DNA of 62,899 nucleotides, filler included, from Pirum gemmata (GCA_002812295.1; 10 parts of 10 records of this genome joined end to end with filler, not necessarily neighbours in it), one strand, 5' to 3'. Positions 12,908 through 27,924 are shown, numbered from the whole stretch's first letter. Translations and numbers: made by a program. The notes: generated by a model not told the origin, from the sequence alone.

Positions 12908-13369
12908 TTTTTATTTATTTGCTTGTTTGTTGTTCAGCTTTTTTGCTTTTTTTATGACTTGTTTTGGTTTATGTTTTGGTTTATATTATGTTTTAATTTA
13001 TGCTTTGGGTTTTGCTTTTCTTTTGCTTTGGCTTTGGCTTTGGCGCCAAATTAATTCATAATGGACTAATTGTCCTTATCATTCCAATAAAATAAAATAA
13101 AAAATATAAAATAAAACTAAAAATAAAAATAAAAAACCAACATTTAAAGTAAAATCAAAATCAAAAGTCAAAAAATGCAATAATATATTTGCAATTGAAA
13201 TAGTAGAGAGTAAAAGTGTATTATAATAATGCTACTTAAGAATATTATAAACACAGAATTATTGATTTGTGGCTGACTTTCTTTCAACACTTCAAAAGAA
13301 GAAAAAAATATTAGACTTTTTTGTTCTTATTGATGTTCCCTCCCTTTATTTATAGTCAGAGAGTCTATT

Positions 13370-13426
<57 letters not shown>

Positions 13427-14021
13427 AGAAGAAAAGAAAAGAAAAAAAAAAAACCTCCAAACAAGAATTTTAGTCAAGTAAAAGGTCTTTTGGCCTTTTT
13501 GTCTTTTCCCATTTTTTCCTACGTGGCAAAAAAGAGCGCGCGCCTTGTAATGGCGCCTTTTTGCCTTTTATCACAACCTTAGCTAAAATTGGACAGAACT
13601 CTTTGAAAATTTGTAAAATCCTTTTTTAAAAAAAAAATAATATTTGTAAATAAATTATTTTTTTTAAAAAATAAGAAAAAGACAAGCGAAAAGGTGATAC
13701 TAAATACACCCTGAAGAAATACCATCCATCCCGAGTTCAAACAATTGCCAAAGCCAGTCCAAAGCCGTCGCCAAACCCCTACTAGTCTATTGTTGTTGGA
13801 AGAACTGCATATATATTATATATTATGTATATATAACTCCGTTTCTTCAGTGTTTCTTCCCAATTTTCACCACCACCTTTTTATTATCGTATCATATCGA
13901 ATTTTAATACTGTGTCTTTGTGCTGTCTTTGTATGACATACTGTGTCCTTTGTACCTCTCTAGCTCTAGCTAGCTAGCTAGTCTATGATCAGCTATGCTC
14001 ATATGCTATGATACTAGCTAG

Positions 14022-14250
14022 TAGGGGTGAGATGACGTCATTTTATTATTACCGAACAGCTGCCGGAACTTTTCCGATTTTATGGTTTTTATTACTATTA
14101 ATGTTAATATTATTATTTTAATTGGTATCTACCATAATTAGATTTACTATTTTAAGCTATTTAACTGCTATTATTAGTAAAGAATATGGAACTAAGGTTG
14201 GCTCGATAAACATCTGTTCGAAAAAAGTCCCAGTAGATATCTCACCCCTA
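14022..14250 (+). mobile_element. MITE family C (about 230 bp)
   Basis: TIR TAGGGGTGAGAT...ATCTCACCCCTA; closely similar copies at 25884-26118 (-), 36799-37027 (+) and 61188-61416 (-). Confidence 0.88.
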
Positions 14251-14520
14251 CTTACTAGTTCTAGCTAGGGTAGCTAGCTACTAGGGCTAGCTAGGAATAT
14301 CTATACCATGGTCAGTCTAGCTTTAGCTGGAGTAGACTAGTCCTAGTTAGCTATCATACTATCTCAGATGGCTGGGAACCAGTTAAGAGGAGTAAACTGA
14401 AGTAAACTACTACTCTCTAGCTAGTAGCTAGAGGTAGACTATTAGCTAGCTAGCTACATAGGACAGTAGACGGGCTGCTCACGGGCTGGTCTATCAATAA
14501 TTTAAAATGATGTTTATACA

Positions 14521-14683
14521 TAGTGCTTTTCAGTTATTATGACGTCATAAAATATACAATAAATAGTACCAAATTAATACATTATAAATCCATTTAATTT
14601 AATTTGGTATATTTTATTATCTATTTATTTACTTAAAAAGTTTCAATTTAAATTTTATAACTCTCCAAATAAATATTCAGAGT
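14521..14683 (+). mobile_element. MITE family A, 3'-truncated copy
   Basis: Left TIR and core present, right TIR missing. Confidence 0.75.
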
Positions 14684-14940
14684 TATCATACGATACTATG
14701 ATAGCTGTTTGCCTACCAGTATAGTATCTAGGAAGGTAGGTAGGTATCATAGGCACACGGGAAAAAAATCCATTGTTTCAAATTTCAATGCCATCTATGC
14801 CCTAGCTAGCTAGCTAGGCCCCAAGTAGTCATTGTCAATGCCATTGAACAGTCAACAAGCCAAGGGCCAATGATTTTCTAGATTTCGTTTTGGAAAAGCC
14901 AAAACAGGAGTTTGTTTTATATTTTTTCAATTTTTTAGGC

Positions 14941-14981
<41 letters not shown>

Positions 14982-16497
14982 AGCTCGCCTCAAGCTCCCT
15001 AGCTAGCTAGCTAGTAGACTACTAGTAGCCAGTTACTGTAGCTACTACTAGCTAGCTAGCTAAATAGCCCTAGTAGCTAAGTAGCCAGTTACTGTAGCTA
15101 CTAGCTAGCTAGCTAGCTATCATACTATAGTATGTATATGATATCATAGTATTTGGTGGCAGTCGGTGCCCTTGGTAGTCCTCAGACGACCCTTGAACTA
15201 TCTAAAATAATAATTTTTAGTGATAAATAGTTTGATAAATATCATATACATATGATATAAATATCATATATATAACATTGAGGCGGGAACAGTGCACATA
15301 GAACAGTGCGGGAACGAGGCCCTGTGATAATTATTTCTTGCTATAGGAACTTTGAAGTTTTGAACTGAACATGTTTATTGCTTCTAGACTAGCTAGTAGG
15401 GAAGTTATAGTGAAGTTATACTGTTGACTGAAGATAATTCCAAGGTTATACATAATAATTTATAAATAAATAGAATAAGCATTATTTATTTATAAATAAT
15501 ATGATAACAAAGCTATATGCATTTCACAAAACGATGACATTTTATGTACGTAATAATCAGTGTTGTATGCGAAGTTAATATATATAACATGATATTAAAT
15601 ATTATGCTGCCTTGTTTCAAGATAAATTTGCTTCTTGCATACTTCTTGCATGCAGAAATAATAAATAATATTAATATTCGAAATATTTTAATGTATATTC
15701 GATCAGTATTCGATCTTATTATTCGATGTTGATAAATACTACTACAGCAGCTACTACAGCAGCTAGCTAGTTTAATAGACTACCAGACAGTAAATAAACA
15801 GTAAATAAACTCCATTTTAGTAGATATTTTGACTCTATTTTGAGTCTATTTTGGCTATTTTAGTACAGATAATAATAATAGATTTATATTCAAGTATCAC
15901 AAAAATGGTTTGAGTGCTCCATTCGAAAATACTCGAAAGAACGAGCCGAAAGAAGCAAAATCTGGAATTTACCAATATTCTCACTCAGTTTCTCAGCCGT
16001 GAAAATTTAGGAGAGAGTTTAGTAATAAATTTATTTGGCCAGTCTAGCTACACTAGGGCTACGACCCCGACTAGCTAGCTAGGCTAAGCTACTAGCTAGC
16101 TAGATGTAAAAGGACCTACTAGCTAGCTAGCTAGTAGCTAGGGTAAAAGGACCGCTACTAGCTACTAGCTAGAGGGTAAAAGGACCGGTTCTAGCTAGTA
16201 GTAGCTGGCTTTTCTACTAGTAGCTATGATAGTTATGATAGCTAGCTTTTAATTAATATCATAATAAGACTACTTAGACTACTACTAGCTAGCTAGAGAA
16301 TTCTTAGGCTAGCTAGAGAATACTAGCTAGCTAGCTAGCTAGGCTATGATTCTACTGCCTGCTAGCTACTAGTAGCTAGCTAACTATTGATGAGCTACTA
16401 TTATTTATACTACTAGCTACAGTAGACCTAGCTAGCTATGAAGCTAGCTAGATAGATGCAGTAGCTACTAGCTAGCTGTAGGAGTTTGCTGTAGCAA

Positions 16498-16640
16498 TAG
16501 ATGCGGGAAAACATAATCGAATCAAACAATTCGATCCTAATTATTGAAATGATATTCTTTTTCTTTAGGGGCTTAAAATCAGATCGAACATTTTTGAAAT
16601 TTTCGAATTAGTCTCGATTCGATTGTTTTGCCGCATCTCC
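16498..16640. mobile_element. short hAT-like non-autonomous element
   Basis: Imperfect TIR AGATGCGG(G/C)AAAACA..ATCGAATC at both ends; related longer degenerate copy at about 57194-57390. Confidence 0.55.
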
Positions 16641-17602
16641 TAGTCTATATATAGGATTGTCTCTACCCAGTACAGTACTAAGTGGTAGCAGCTAGCTAGC
16701 TAGCTAGAATAGATTTTTTTTCATTATATATGATATCATATATTAAAAAAATAAAAAAAAAATATCTGATAGACTGAGAGAGTACTGAGAGACTGTAAGA
16801 CTGGGTCTATGTACATAGTCTAAGAAATTGTCTCACTCAGATACTATCGGATCAGGGGCACTACTGACAGCCTACAAATAATAAGAGGGGTCTCTGTAGA
16901 AGTGGGTGTGCGCGCTGTGTACAAAATAAAATAATAAAGGCTCATCTCAGAAAAACCATGTACTAATAACAGAACAGCATGAATTGCTTATGATAGAAAA
17001 TTCCTTATAAACAAGAACAAGAAGTTGGTAAATGTTTTTTCTTATAAAATATTTTTGGATAGGACATTTAATTTATCAATATCGATAAATACATCACATA
17101 TTGTGATAATAAAAATACTATAATAATTAATGACATGATAATTATGCTACATAAACATGCTACATTTATAATAAATTTAAAGTTAATGATATACATACTA
17201 ATTAGATATACTTAATTAATACATAACATGCCATCTGCTTGTAATTTATAAATATATACATAAGTAGTAGAAACCCCCGTGTATCAAATAGTTAGATCTT
17301 ATAATTACATTTTTAATTTGTTGATTTGATAATTACAATATTAAACACCGATACGTAATAATCATTGTCGAGGTAGAACTACCAAGGTAGAACTACTGGC
17401 AATGTTTTAATAAAACTATCAAACTATTATATGATAATTATTATTAAAGAATTATAATGTAATATTATTATATGTAAATAATATTTTAAATTTTATAAAT
17501 AAATAAAACTGTCATAAATAATATGAATAAATGATTATATTGTATTGATGTTATATTTATATAAAAATTTTGGGCAGAGCAACTAATTAAAAAACTTTAT
17601 TA

Positions 17603-17761
17603 TAGTGCTTTTCAGTTGTTTTGTCATCATAAAATAAACAATATATAGTACCAAATTAATACAATATAAATCCATTTAATTTAATTTGGTATATTTTATT
17701 ATCTATTTATTATAACCCTCCAAATAAATATTCAGAGTGACAAAATAAATGAAAAGCACGA
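17603..17761 (+). mobile_element. MITE family A copy with internal deletion
   Basis: Both TIRs present and TA on both sides. Confidence 0.85.
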
Positions 17762-18868
17762 TATTTTCTATTATCAAAAAGTGGAGTTCTACCCCTAGTA
17801 GGTCTAGCTAGCTAGCTAGTAGCTAAGCAGACTAATATCATAGACTGGGCCTCGAGACTGGCCTTGAAGTTTAAAAAAAACAAAATGAAAGAGAGAAAAG
17901 TTTCCCATTTTTTTAATGGTATAGAAGGCACAAAATGATTCATCTCAGTTTTGGTTGCACCAACAACCCTTTATATTATATTATCAGCCTAACTCAGCCC
18001 AATGATAAAGAAATGTTATTATTAAAAATATTTAAAATATTGTTTTTATTTACTATTTATACCGGTAATAGTAATGAATATACAGTTTTTATATTATTAT
18101 ATTCTAGTAATTATATTAGACCCTTATTTTTTATCAACCCCAGTTTATAATTTATAATTTATGATTTATAACGGAATATTAATCATATATGATATGTAAT
18201 TACATATAATTAATTAGCATTGTAATCAAAAATTAAAATAAATAACAGTATACAATGTCATATATAAATTAAAAATATTTTAATTAATAGGTGTTTTAAA
18301 ACAATCAAATGATAATTTATAATTTTAATGAATAATTTATTAATAATACATTTCCTTTCCTTTTAATATATTAAAAAATGAATTAGATCACAACGACTTC
18401 AACACTATTTCAACAATTTTTTTTTAATTTTTGAAAAATGAGATAATAATTAAAAAAAAAGTAAAGGAAGATTATTATCATTATGGTTGATGAACTGGTT
18501 CACAAATCTTCCTGTAGCCACTTATCTCTAAGTATATTAAAGCAACAAAGTTATTAAGCATTAAGTGAAACACTAAGATTAGGGTAAACGTTGCGTAATC
18601 GATTAGTAGTCTTAAAATCCATGATACTTATACAAATAAAGATTTTGGACTGAACTTAATGAAAGCAACAGTATTATGTATACTTCAATAACAAATGGAG
18701 GAACAACCAGTTTACTGTTCAGCCACATAATTATTATTATTACATCATAAAAAAAAAAAAAAAANNNNNNNNNNNNNNNNNNNNNNNNNNNNNNNNNNNN
18801 NNNNNNNNTTAATTAATTAANNNNNNNNNNNNNNNNNNNNNNNNNNNNNNNNNNNNNNNNNNNNACAA

Positions 18869-18960
18869 CGCAGGATTGTTTCGGAGGAGCAGAAATGTGT
18901 TTTTCGGAGGCGCAGGTATTATTCCGGAGGCGCAGGAATGTGTTTTCCGGAGGCGCAAGG
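18869..18960 (+). repeat. GC-richer minisatellite, about 21-23-bp unit (TTCCGGAGGCGCAGGAATGTGT-like)
   Basis: Four to five units at the scaffold start. Confidence 0.7.
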
Positions 18961-19754
18961 ATTTTTTTACCCTCTACTCGTCCTGCACCGTTGGTTGTAA
19001 ACAAGAATCCAAGAAAAAAAATTTCCTGGGGTTCTTGATAATATTATAATTTTTAATAAGAAAATTAAATTTTTAAAAAATATTATTTAATATGCGCTCC
19101 CCCAAAATTTTGTTCGATTTCCCGTTTCTTATTAAAAAATCTGTGTTGTGTTACTGTGTTGTGTTACTATGTTGTGCTAGCTATACTCTAGCTATGTTGT
19201 GTTACTGTATATGTAATTATGTATGTTTTTATCAAGTTACTAATACTTACAGTATAAATCAGTCTAGATTAATTTATTATCAAAACTGTATCAACAACTG
19301 TGTAGGTTGTAACACTTCCATTTATAAGCCTCTACTGCGTCGTATATTATTAAAATTAGCCTTTTTAGGGGATTTTCAGCAAAACTACTTTCAATTGGCT
19401 ATGGCTAAGACTGTCGGACCTAGACTGTCGGACCAGCCCATGGACCAGGAGCACACGGCCTTCAATGTTTTTCAGTGTTTTTCTACTGTTTTTCTATAGG
19501 AAAAAAAAAAAAAAAAAAAAAAAAAAATTAAAAATACTTTAGAATAACTTACTAATTTTTATATAATACTAGTCCTAGTACTACTAAATGCTAATGCTCA
19601 ACTAGTAATAATACAATAAAAATACTAATAATGTGCGTAATAGTAAAAGTACTAGTAACCGTAATAGTAATACTAGTACTAGAAATATAATTATAGAAAA
19701 GAAATGGAAATATTATATTTAATAATTAAAGAAATAGAAAATTAATTAAATTTT

Positions 19755-20470
19755 TAATAGTAATAGTAATAGTAATAGTAGTAATGTAATAGTAATAGTA
19801 CTAGTAATAGTAATAGTAATAGTAATAGTAATAGTAATTGTAATTGTAATAGTAATAGTAATAGTAATAGTAATAGTAATCATAATAGTATTGGTACTAG
19901 TAGTAGTAAAAGTAATAGTAATATTAATTAATAGTATTTTAATTAATAACAGTAATAGTAATAGTAATTAATACTAGTAATAGTGACTATAATAGTAATT
20001 ATAATAGTAATAGTAATATTAATAGTAATATTATGGTAATAGTACTAGTAGTGGAGTAGTAATTGAATAGTAAAAATAATATAGTAATAGTAATATTAAT
20101 AGGAATAGTAATAATAACGTTTTAACGTTAACAGTAATAATAATTTGTAATAGCAATAGTAATAGTAATAGTAATAATAATGGTAATATTTAATTAATAG
20201 TAATATAGTAATAGTAATAGTATAGTAATTAATAGTGATAGTAATAATAATAGTAAGTAATAGTATTTAATTAATAGTATTATAGTAATAATTGTTGTAA
20301 TTGCAATAGTAATAGTGATAATAGTACAATCATAATAATTAATAATAGTGATATCGATAGTAATAGTAATATTAATATTAATAGTAATAGTAGTAATAAT
20401 TTTTGTAATTGTAATAGTAATAATAAGCGAATAGTAATATTAATAAAAGTACGATAATAGTAATTAATAA
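19755..20470. repeat. (TAATAG)n degenerate microsatellite
   Basis: Read directly; the source of the spurious poly-Leu ORF. A similar (ATTAGT)n tract lies at about 26830-27400. Confidence 0.9.
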
Positions 20471-21519
20471 TAACTTTCAAAATTATAGTAAGTAATAGGG
20501 TTTTAAAATGATAGTGATTTATATAATACTATAGCAATAGTAAAACTAATAGTAATATTACATTCAATTGATTACATTGTAGTAATTATATTAATTAGAA
20601 TTAGTAATACCCATATGCATAGGAGTCTTATAGTGATGTATTATTGAGTACCAGGAATATTAATATACCTAGGATGTCGTATTATGATATATTATATATA
20701 AACCTATCCATGAAATCCGCATTTCGGGGTAAAATTAGTGCAGTGATCACTATGATAACATTAAATTAGCATCTATTGGCCACAATGGTCATTTTTAAAA
20801 CAATTGTTGTCACTTTTTTTGTTGTCACTTTTTTTTTTTTTGTTTCAGGACTGTTCATTCAAAATAATATTCATGAGGTAGAAGTCTAGTCTAGTTTTTT
20901 GTGTGTAAACAAGACTTTGTTCATTAATAAAAGGGCGAAAGAGAGCGTAGTTGATGGGTTTGTGACCATTCCAGATTGCATATTATAAAAATGAATTGTT
21001 ATTAAAAATATATAATATAAATATTATATAAAGCTAGTAGTAGGCTATCATAGCATCATACCTCTCGTATCATACCTCAGCTAGCTAGCTAGCTAGTCTA
21101 AGACCCCTCCAGCTATAGACTCAGTCTAAAGTTTAGCTATCGATAGATCGATAGATAGCTATGTGATAGCTACTAGAGCTAGCAGCTTAGCTAGCGCTCT
21201 AGCTAGCTAGTCAGTCAGACCTTCGTGGTACCTAGCTAGACCTAGACTAGCTAGCTACTATCTGACTATCTGAAACTAAAACTGTTCTAGCTAGCTAGTA
21301 GACCTAAAAAATCTCTTTTTTAATTAAAACTAAAACACCTCTCGAAAGACGATGTGGGGGGTCTATTCTTTTTTTCCTGTTTTTTCACGGCCACCTAAAC
21401 GTGACTTGACTGTGGTTTCTACTACTAGCTAGCCGTATTTGCTTAATTACAGAGATCACTGTAGCTGGTGTAGCTACAGTACCCAGTAGAGCACTCTCTA
21501 TAATAACTATAATATCAGA

Positions 21520-22570
21520 TAGTATTCCATCAAAACTACATCAACAATTGGTAGAGCACTCTCTATAATAACTATAATTGAATCCATCAAAACTACATCA
21601 ACAATTCACATCAAACAACATTATCTTCAACAAATACAACAATAACTTTTAATACCAAAATGGATAATTCACACAATCTATACCCTCCAAAAATGATCGA
21701 TCTCAATACAAAACAACACAGAACAAATCCTAAAATTACATACAACTATCAAAACATCAACAACAAACTTAACTACCGGTATGAACTTTTCGATAAAGAA
21801 CAAAAAATCTTCCTTCACCCAACAATACAGCAACAATACAGCAACAATACAATGAAATGGGAAAGAAGAAAAAACTAAAATAATAATAGAAATATGCTCC
21901 AAAATCAAACCACTAGTTATACCCCCAAATAGTTGGAATCTACAATTGATAATAACACAACAGCAGTATAAAGAATATAGAAAAAAACATCAAAGCAAAC
22001 ACTTTAATGAAAACATCCTCAACAACCTTTGGAACATAGACCCTAGAACAAATAATCAAAAACAGGGGAATTAATACAAAAAGATTACCAAAATTTTAAA
22101 AAGTCACATATGGATACTAACCCAAAGAAAACCAACAAAACAGTGGATGTCGAAGAAACAACCTTTTCAATGTCAACACTGTTCGAAACACTAGTTGAAC
22201 ACAGGCAATTAGACTGGCTATCCTACATCAAAAAATTATTAATTATAAATCCTAACATAGACGACAACTTCAACATCATCCATAACAACGACTATAATGA
22301 TTAAACCCAATATTTCTACAACAAAAGAACAATACAATTGCTAATCATAGACTATGTATTATGCAAATTGCAACAAGTTAAAACTGAACGACATGCACCA
22401 AAGTAGTATTAATTAATAATATGAAACAAATCAACCAACCACAACTATTTCTACAACAAAAGAACAATACAATTGCTAATCATAGACTATGTATTATGGT
22501 ATTATTATGCAAATTGCAACAAGTTTTAAAAAACCGAACGACAGTCAAATCATTAACTTGCACCAAATAT
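21520..22570 (+). pseudogene. decayed non-LTR (LINE-like) retroelement fragment
   Basis: Strong A/C strand bias and broken ORFs. A frameshifted remnant EET..LFQCQHCSKH resembles the C-terminal Cys/His region of LINE ORF2. Homologous segments at about 36395-36590 (aatatgctc, ccaaatagttgga, caacctttggaa). Confidence 0.35.
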
Positions 22571-23785
22571 TGTAACCCACCAGTAGTAGTCTAGACTAGC
22601 TTCCTTTTCTCTATCGTATTTTTCAAATATGTTCAGTTCAAAAACTGAAATAAACGTACCAAATTATTATTATGGTTAAACTTTCGGACATTTTTTAATT
22701 AATTTGGTATTTTATACTTAATGTTGTATTTTATAACCAAGTTCAGCTATACACTTAAACAGTACCAAATTAAAGACTAGCTAGACCCCACACTAGACCC
22801 TGTCACTAACTAATCTAGCTAGACCCTGTCACTAATAGACCCCTTTGAATAGACCCCACACTCCGGCCAGTCTCCAGTCTTACTAGCTAGTCTAGCTAGC
22901 TAGCTAAAGTATCATAGTAGGGTCTACAGCAGCTACAATAGCTAACTAGCTAGCTAGTAGTAGCTACTAGCTAGCTAGATAGTAGCTACAGTAGACCTCG
23001 TAGACCTACTACTCCAGCTAGCTAGCTAGCTAGCTAGTGGGCCTAGTAGCTAGCCAGTCAGCTCTCTAATAGCTTAGAGTAGTAGACCCTGGTCTATGAC
23101 TCTATGTATCCCCGGATCACCACAATAACATACATAGAGTCTAGAGGTCCTACAGGTTCCGGGTCTACAGAGTCTTACTATTTTTGATAATTGTTTTTCG
23201 AAATTTTGATTGGCTTTTTTTCTAAAGGTATGATAAAAAAAAAAAAAAAAAAAAAAAAGAGCCTTCCATTCGAATACTGTTAGAGGACTTTGTCTAGTTT
23301 TCACCAAGGTCTAGCAGCTAACAGAGCAGAAAAAGAGCCAATAAACATTTGTAAAATATTGATAGAGCTATCCAATTGAATTCCAAAAAAGCAAACATGA
23401 TGATTAGCAATTTAGCCAACCATATTTGACAAAAAGAAGATCAAACCCTTTCAAATTTCTTTCAAAAACCACCCAAAAAACCTTCGGCATGACTTGGCAC
23501 GAATGGCACAAACAGGCTTGAAACAGGTTAGCCCCTACTTAGAGATCAGCCCACAGACCAGAGTTATCATACCAGCCATCTATATAACTCTCTGTTTTTT
23601 TAAAAGTCTGTTATCGATAGTTAGTTAGTTAGTACACCGTATACGTATGTATTATTATCATACTTTATATATACAGACTCTCCAAAAAATCTGTAGACCA
23701 GTATTAGACTACTAGCTAGCTAGCTAGTCTAGCTAGATCGATTTTTGTTATCATTTTTTAATAAATTTTGGAGCCCCACCCTCAN

Positions 23786-23849
<64 letters not shown>

Positions 23850-23964
23850 TCTTTAGAGCTCTTTTATAAATCTATATATAAATTGACTTTCGAAAAGATT
23901 TTTTTTAGAACGTTCATTTGAGTTTTTTTTATTTTTTTTTATGTAGACTAGACTATCATAGCTG

Positions 23965-24125
23965 GATAAAAATTGCGACATCCGCCATAATATGAGCCCA
24001 AAAATCAAAAAAAAAAAACTCAAAATGCTCCAATTTTAACAAAAGTACTACCAAAAGTTTAGCAAACGTCTAACTAAGAAAACTCTATTATGGACTAATG
24101 GCCAGTTTTTAATAAATTTGACTAG
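23965..24125 (-). repeat. dispersed repeat family E copy (empty site)
   Basis: Reverse complement matches 62749-62899 and the flanks of 5342-5728. Confidence 0.7.
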
Positions 24126-24305
24126 TTAAAACATTAAAAAGGTTTTTAGAAAAGAAGTCTAAAAAAAAAAAAAGATTTCTACAGTTTTATCCGGCCTGGC
24201 TGTTAAAAAAACAAAAAAACAAAAAAAAAACTGTATTATATTTATATACTACATTTTTTTAAATTAATAATTGATATTATTAGTCGTTACACTCGCATTA
24301 GTCCT

Positions 24306-24348
<43 letters not shown>

Positions 24349-25883
24349 ACCGTTAATTCGTTCTTTTTCGTTTTCTTTTTTTAATAATTTCTTTTTTTAT
24401 TATTAATATTTATTACGTGGGGGTTTTAATTAAATAAATAATCAGTACCTGTAGCATGTTAATAAGCTAGAGAAAAAATTAATTATTAAATAATCAGTAG
24501 CAATGATAAAAGTTATAAAGAAAGGAATTCTTATTGTTGTTTACGTTGCTTTTGCTTTTGCTGTTGTTATATATTATTATTTTTATTATTAATTATTGTT
24601 ATTGTTGTTGTTATTGTTGTGTTCTCGTTATTGTTCTTGTTCTTGTGTTTGTTGTTGCTGTTGCTGTTGCTGTTGCTGTTGTTGTTGTTGTTGTTGCTGT
24701 TGTAGTGTGTGCTGTTTGCTGTTGTAGTGTGTGCTATGTTGGTGATATCGTGATGTTGATGTTGTTTTCTTTATTGTTATTGATGATTATGATGTTATTG
24801 TTGTTGTTTTATTGTTGTTGATGATGATGTTAATGATGCTGCTATTATTATTATTATTGTTGTTGTTGTTGATAGTATTATTATCATGGTAATGAGAAAA
24901 TACATGTATCGTTAATATAATTTATAATAATAATTGACAATAATAACAACAAAGATCACGACGACAACATAAATAATAACAAGAATGGTAATAGTAATAA
25001 TAATATAGTATATTGATAATAATAATTATAATAATAATAATTTAATAATGAAACCACAATGATAATTATGATAATAAAAATATAATAACAACAATAATAA
25101 CAATAATAATCATAACAGTAATAATAATAATTGCTCTTTTTTTTTTGNNNNNNNNNNNNNNNNNNNNNNNNNNNNNNNNNNNNNNNNNNNNTTAATTAAT
25201 TAANNNNNNNNNNNNNNNNNNNNNNNNNNNNNNNNNNNNNNNNNNNNAACAACCAACAACCAACAACCAAAAACCAAAAACCAACAACCAACACCAACCA
25301 ACAATTGTAAACAACACACAAAAAACAACAATAATTGCAAACAACAAACAACAAACAACAATAATTGCAAACAACAAACAGTAAACAACAAGCACTAAAC
25401 AGTAAACAACAAGCACCACAAGCAGGCAACACACAAGGACCACATTGGATAAAAAAACAAAAAAAAAAAAAAAAAATCCGATTTTTTTTTTTTTTTTNTC
25501 CTCTGCCGCCATATATGAAAAAAAGAAACAAATCTGAAATTAGCAGTCCTTCTATTGGCTAGTTGGAATAATGGTGTAAACAGCAACTCGGATTTAGCTC
25601 TGTTTAAAAATCGAGATTTCGAGTTTATATATTAATTAATAAGTTCGAAATGTTCAATCTTACAATTAAGTATTCAAATATATTTATTTATTAATAAACC
25701 CGAAAATTACGAAAAAAAAATATTTTTCGAACGAAGCTGAAGTTTGGCTTTTTTTGACAGCAGAAATTCGAGTTTTCGGGTTTGAGCACAATTGGGAGGC
25801 CTGTTCTTTGGAGGGATTCTTTGGTGGCTTTGGCAGTTTGGCTGGCTTTGGCTCTTTGGTATTAGTAGTCCGTATTAGTAGTC

Positions 25884-26118
25884 TAGGGGTGAGATATAAT
25901 ATCTACTGGAACTTTTTTCGAACAGATACTTATCGAGCCAACCTTAGTTCCGTGTTCTTTACTAATAATAGCAGTTTAATAGCTCAAAATAGTAAATCTA
26001 ATTATAGTAGATACCAAATAAAGTAGTAATATTAACATTAATAGTAATAAAAACCATAAAAATCGGAAAAGTTCCGGCAGCTGCTCGGTAATAATAAAAT
26101 GACGTCATCACACCCCTA
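25884..26118 (-). mobile_element. MITE family C copy
   Basis: TAGGGGTG...CACCCCTA termini; reverse complement of 14022-14250. Confidence 0.85.
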
Positions 26119-26377
26119 CTTCCGTATTACAGAGTCCAGAGTTTGATTCTTTGGTTTTGATTATTGATACGTCTTTTCTTTGTTTTCTTTTATTCGCGTG
26201 GCAAAAATAATAATAAGAAATGAAACAAGACATCAAAATACCCACCTGTATAGGCTGTATACAGTATGATTGATATGATACTAGCTAGCTATCATAGCTA
26301 GCTCTAGCTATCGATATTAGCTAGACTAGCTAGCTAGCTAGTACTCTCAAAATACAAAAATAAAATATTGTAGACTA

Positions 26378-26563
26378 TTGTGCTTTTCATTTATTTTGTC
26401 ACTCTGAATATTTATTTGGTTGGTTATAATATTTAATTTGATATTTTTTAAATTAATAATTAGATTATAAATTATACCAAATTAAATAAAATGGACTTAT
26501 ATAGTATTAATTTGGTACTTTTTATTGTATATTATATGATGACAAAACGACTGAAAAGCACTA
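26378..26563 (-). mobile_element. MITE family A, full copy
   Basis: Both TIRs, TA flanks. Confidence 0.85.
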
Positions 26564-26597
26564 TAATAATTTGGTAGATAATCGTACGTTTAATTAA

Positions 26598-26718
26598 GGG
26601 AGCGTAACGCCAATTTCCAGTCAAATACAGCTTCAAATACCCCTACCTACCTACCCCTCGACGTTAATTTCCGGTCAGATACCACTTACCTACTTACCCC
26701 TTGACGTGACGTATTCCC
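26598..26718. mobile_element. Harbinger-like MITE family B, short form
   Basis: TAA|GGGAGCG...ATTCCC|TAA; core is the reverse complement of 61024-61171. Confidence 0.75.
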
Positions 26719-27892
26719 TAAGAAGACCCAGATAACCCTAATAGACTATAATATTTTTTTTTGGCATCTCTAGCTAGACTATATCTTCCATAAAATACTT
26801 TGTTTTCTGTTTTATTAGTTTTTATTATAATATTAGTATTAGTATTACGTAGTTATTACATACTATTAGTATTAGTATTAGTATTAGTATTGGTATAATG
26901 GTATTAGCATTAGCATTAGCATTAATATTATGATCAGTATTAGTATTAATATTAATTAATATTAGTATTTATATTAGTAATGATATTAATTAATACTAGT
27001 ATTAGTATTAGTATTATATTAGCATTAGTATTAATATTCGTATTAGTATTAGTATTAGTATTAATATTTTGTATTAATATTAGTATTAGTATTATTATTA
27101 ATATTAGTATGTTTCAGTATTAGTATTAGTATTAGTATTAATATTAATATTGATTGCTATTGGTATTAGTATGAGTATTATTAGTATTAGTATTACTAGT
27201 ATTATTATTAGTATTAATATTAGTATTAGTATTAATTATAATATTAATTAATATTAATATTATAATATTATATTATTATAAATAATTAGTATTAATTTGT
27301 ATTAGTATTAGTGTATATAATTAGTATTATAATTAGTATTTATATTAATATTAATATTATAATTAGTATGGTTAGGATTATTAGCATTAATTAGTATAAT
27401 ATTAATATATACATATACGTATATTAGTATTATATAACAATTAGTGTTGGCATTGGGATTAGTATTATATTATACTTATATTATTTTTTGTATTAGTGTA
27501 TATTATTGTTAGTATTATTAAAAACAGAAACTATTATAATTGTTAATAACGTTTTAACTGTTTATGATGACTGTAAGTGTAACAGGTTAGCTTCAGTTAA
27601 AAGCGATAATAAATAAACAAAAAACTTCCTGAGACGTACTACTATTATTAGCTACTAGCTAGTATGATACTGACTTTTTCATAGATTATATAGATGATTA
27701 TAATATTATGACGACAAAATTAATAAAGTAGACAATATACCTAATTCCATTTCATTTAATTTGGTATATTTCATTTAGAAACATCAATTTAAATATTATA
27801 GGCAACCAAATAAATATTCGGAGTAACAAAATAAATGAAAAGCACAATACGAACTTTTATCATGTGTTGTGAATTTGTGATAGTTTTTGTGC

Positions 27893-27924
<32 letters not shown>

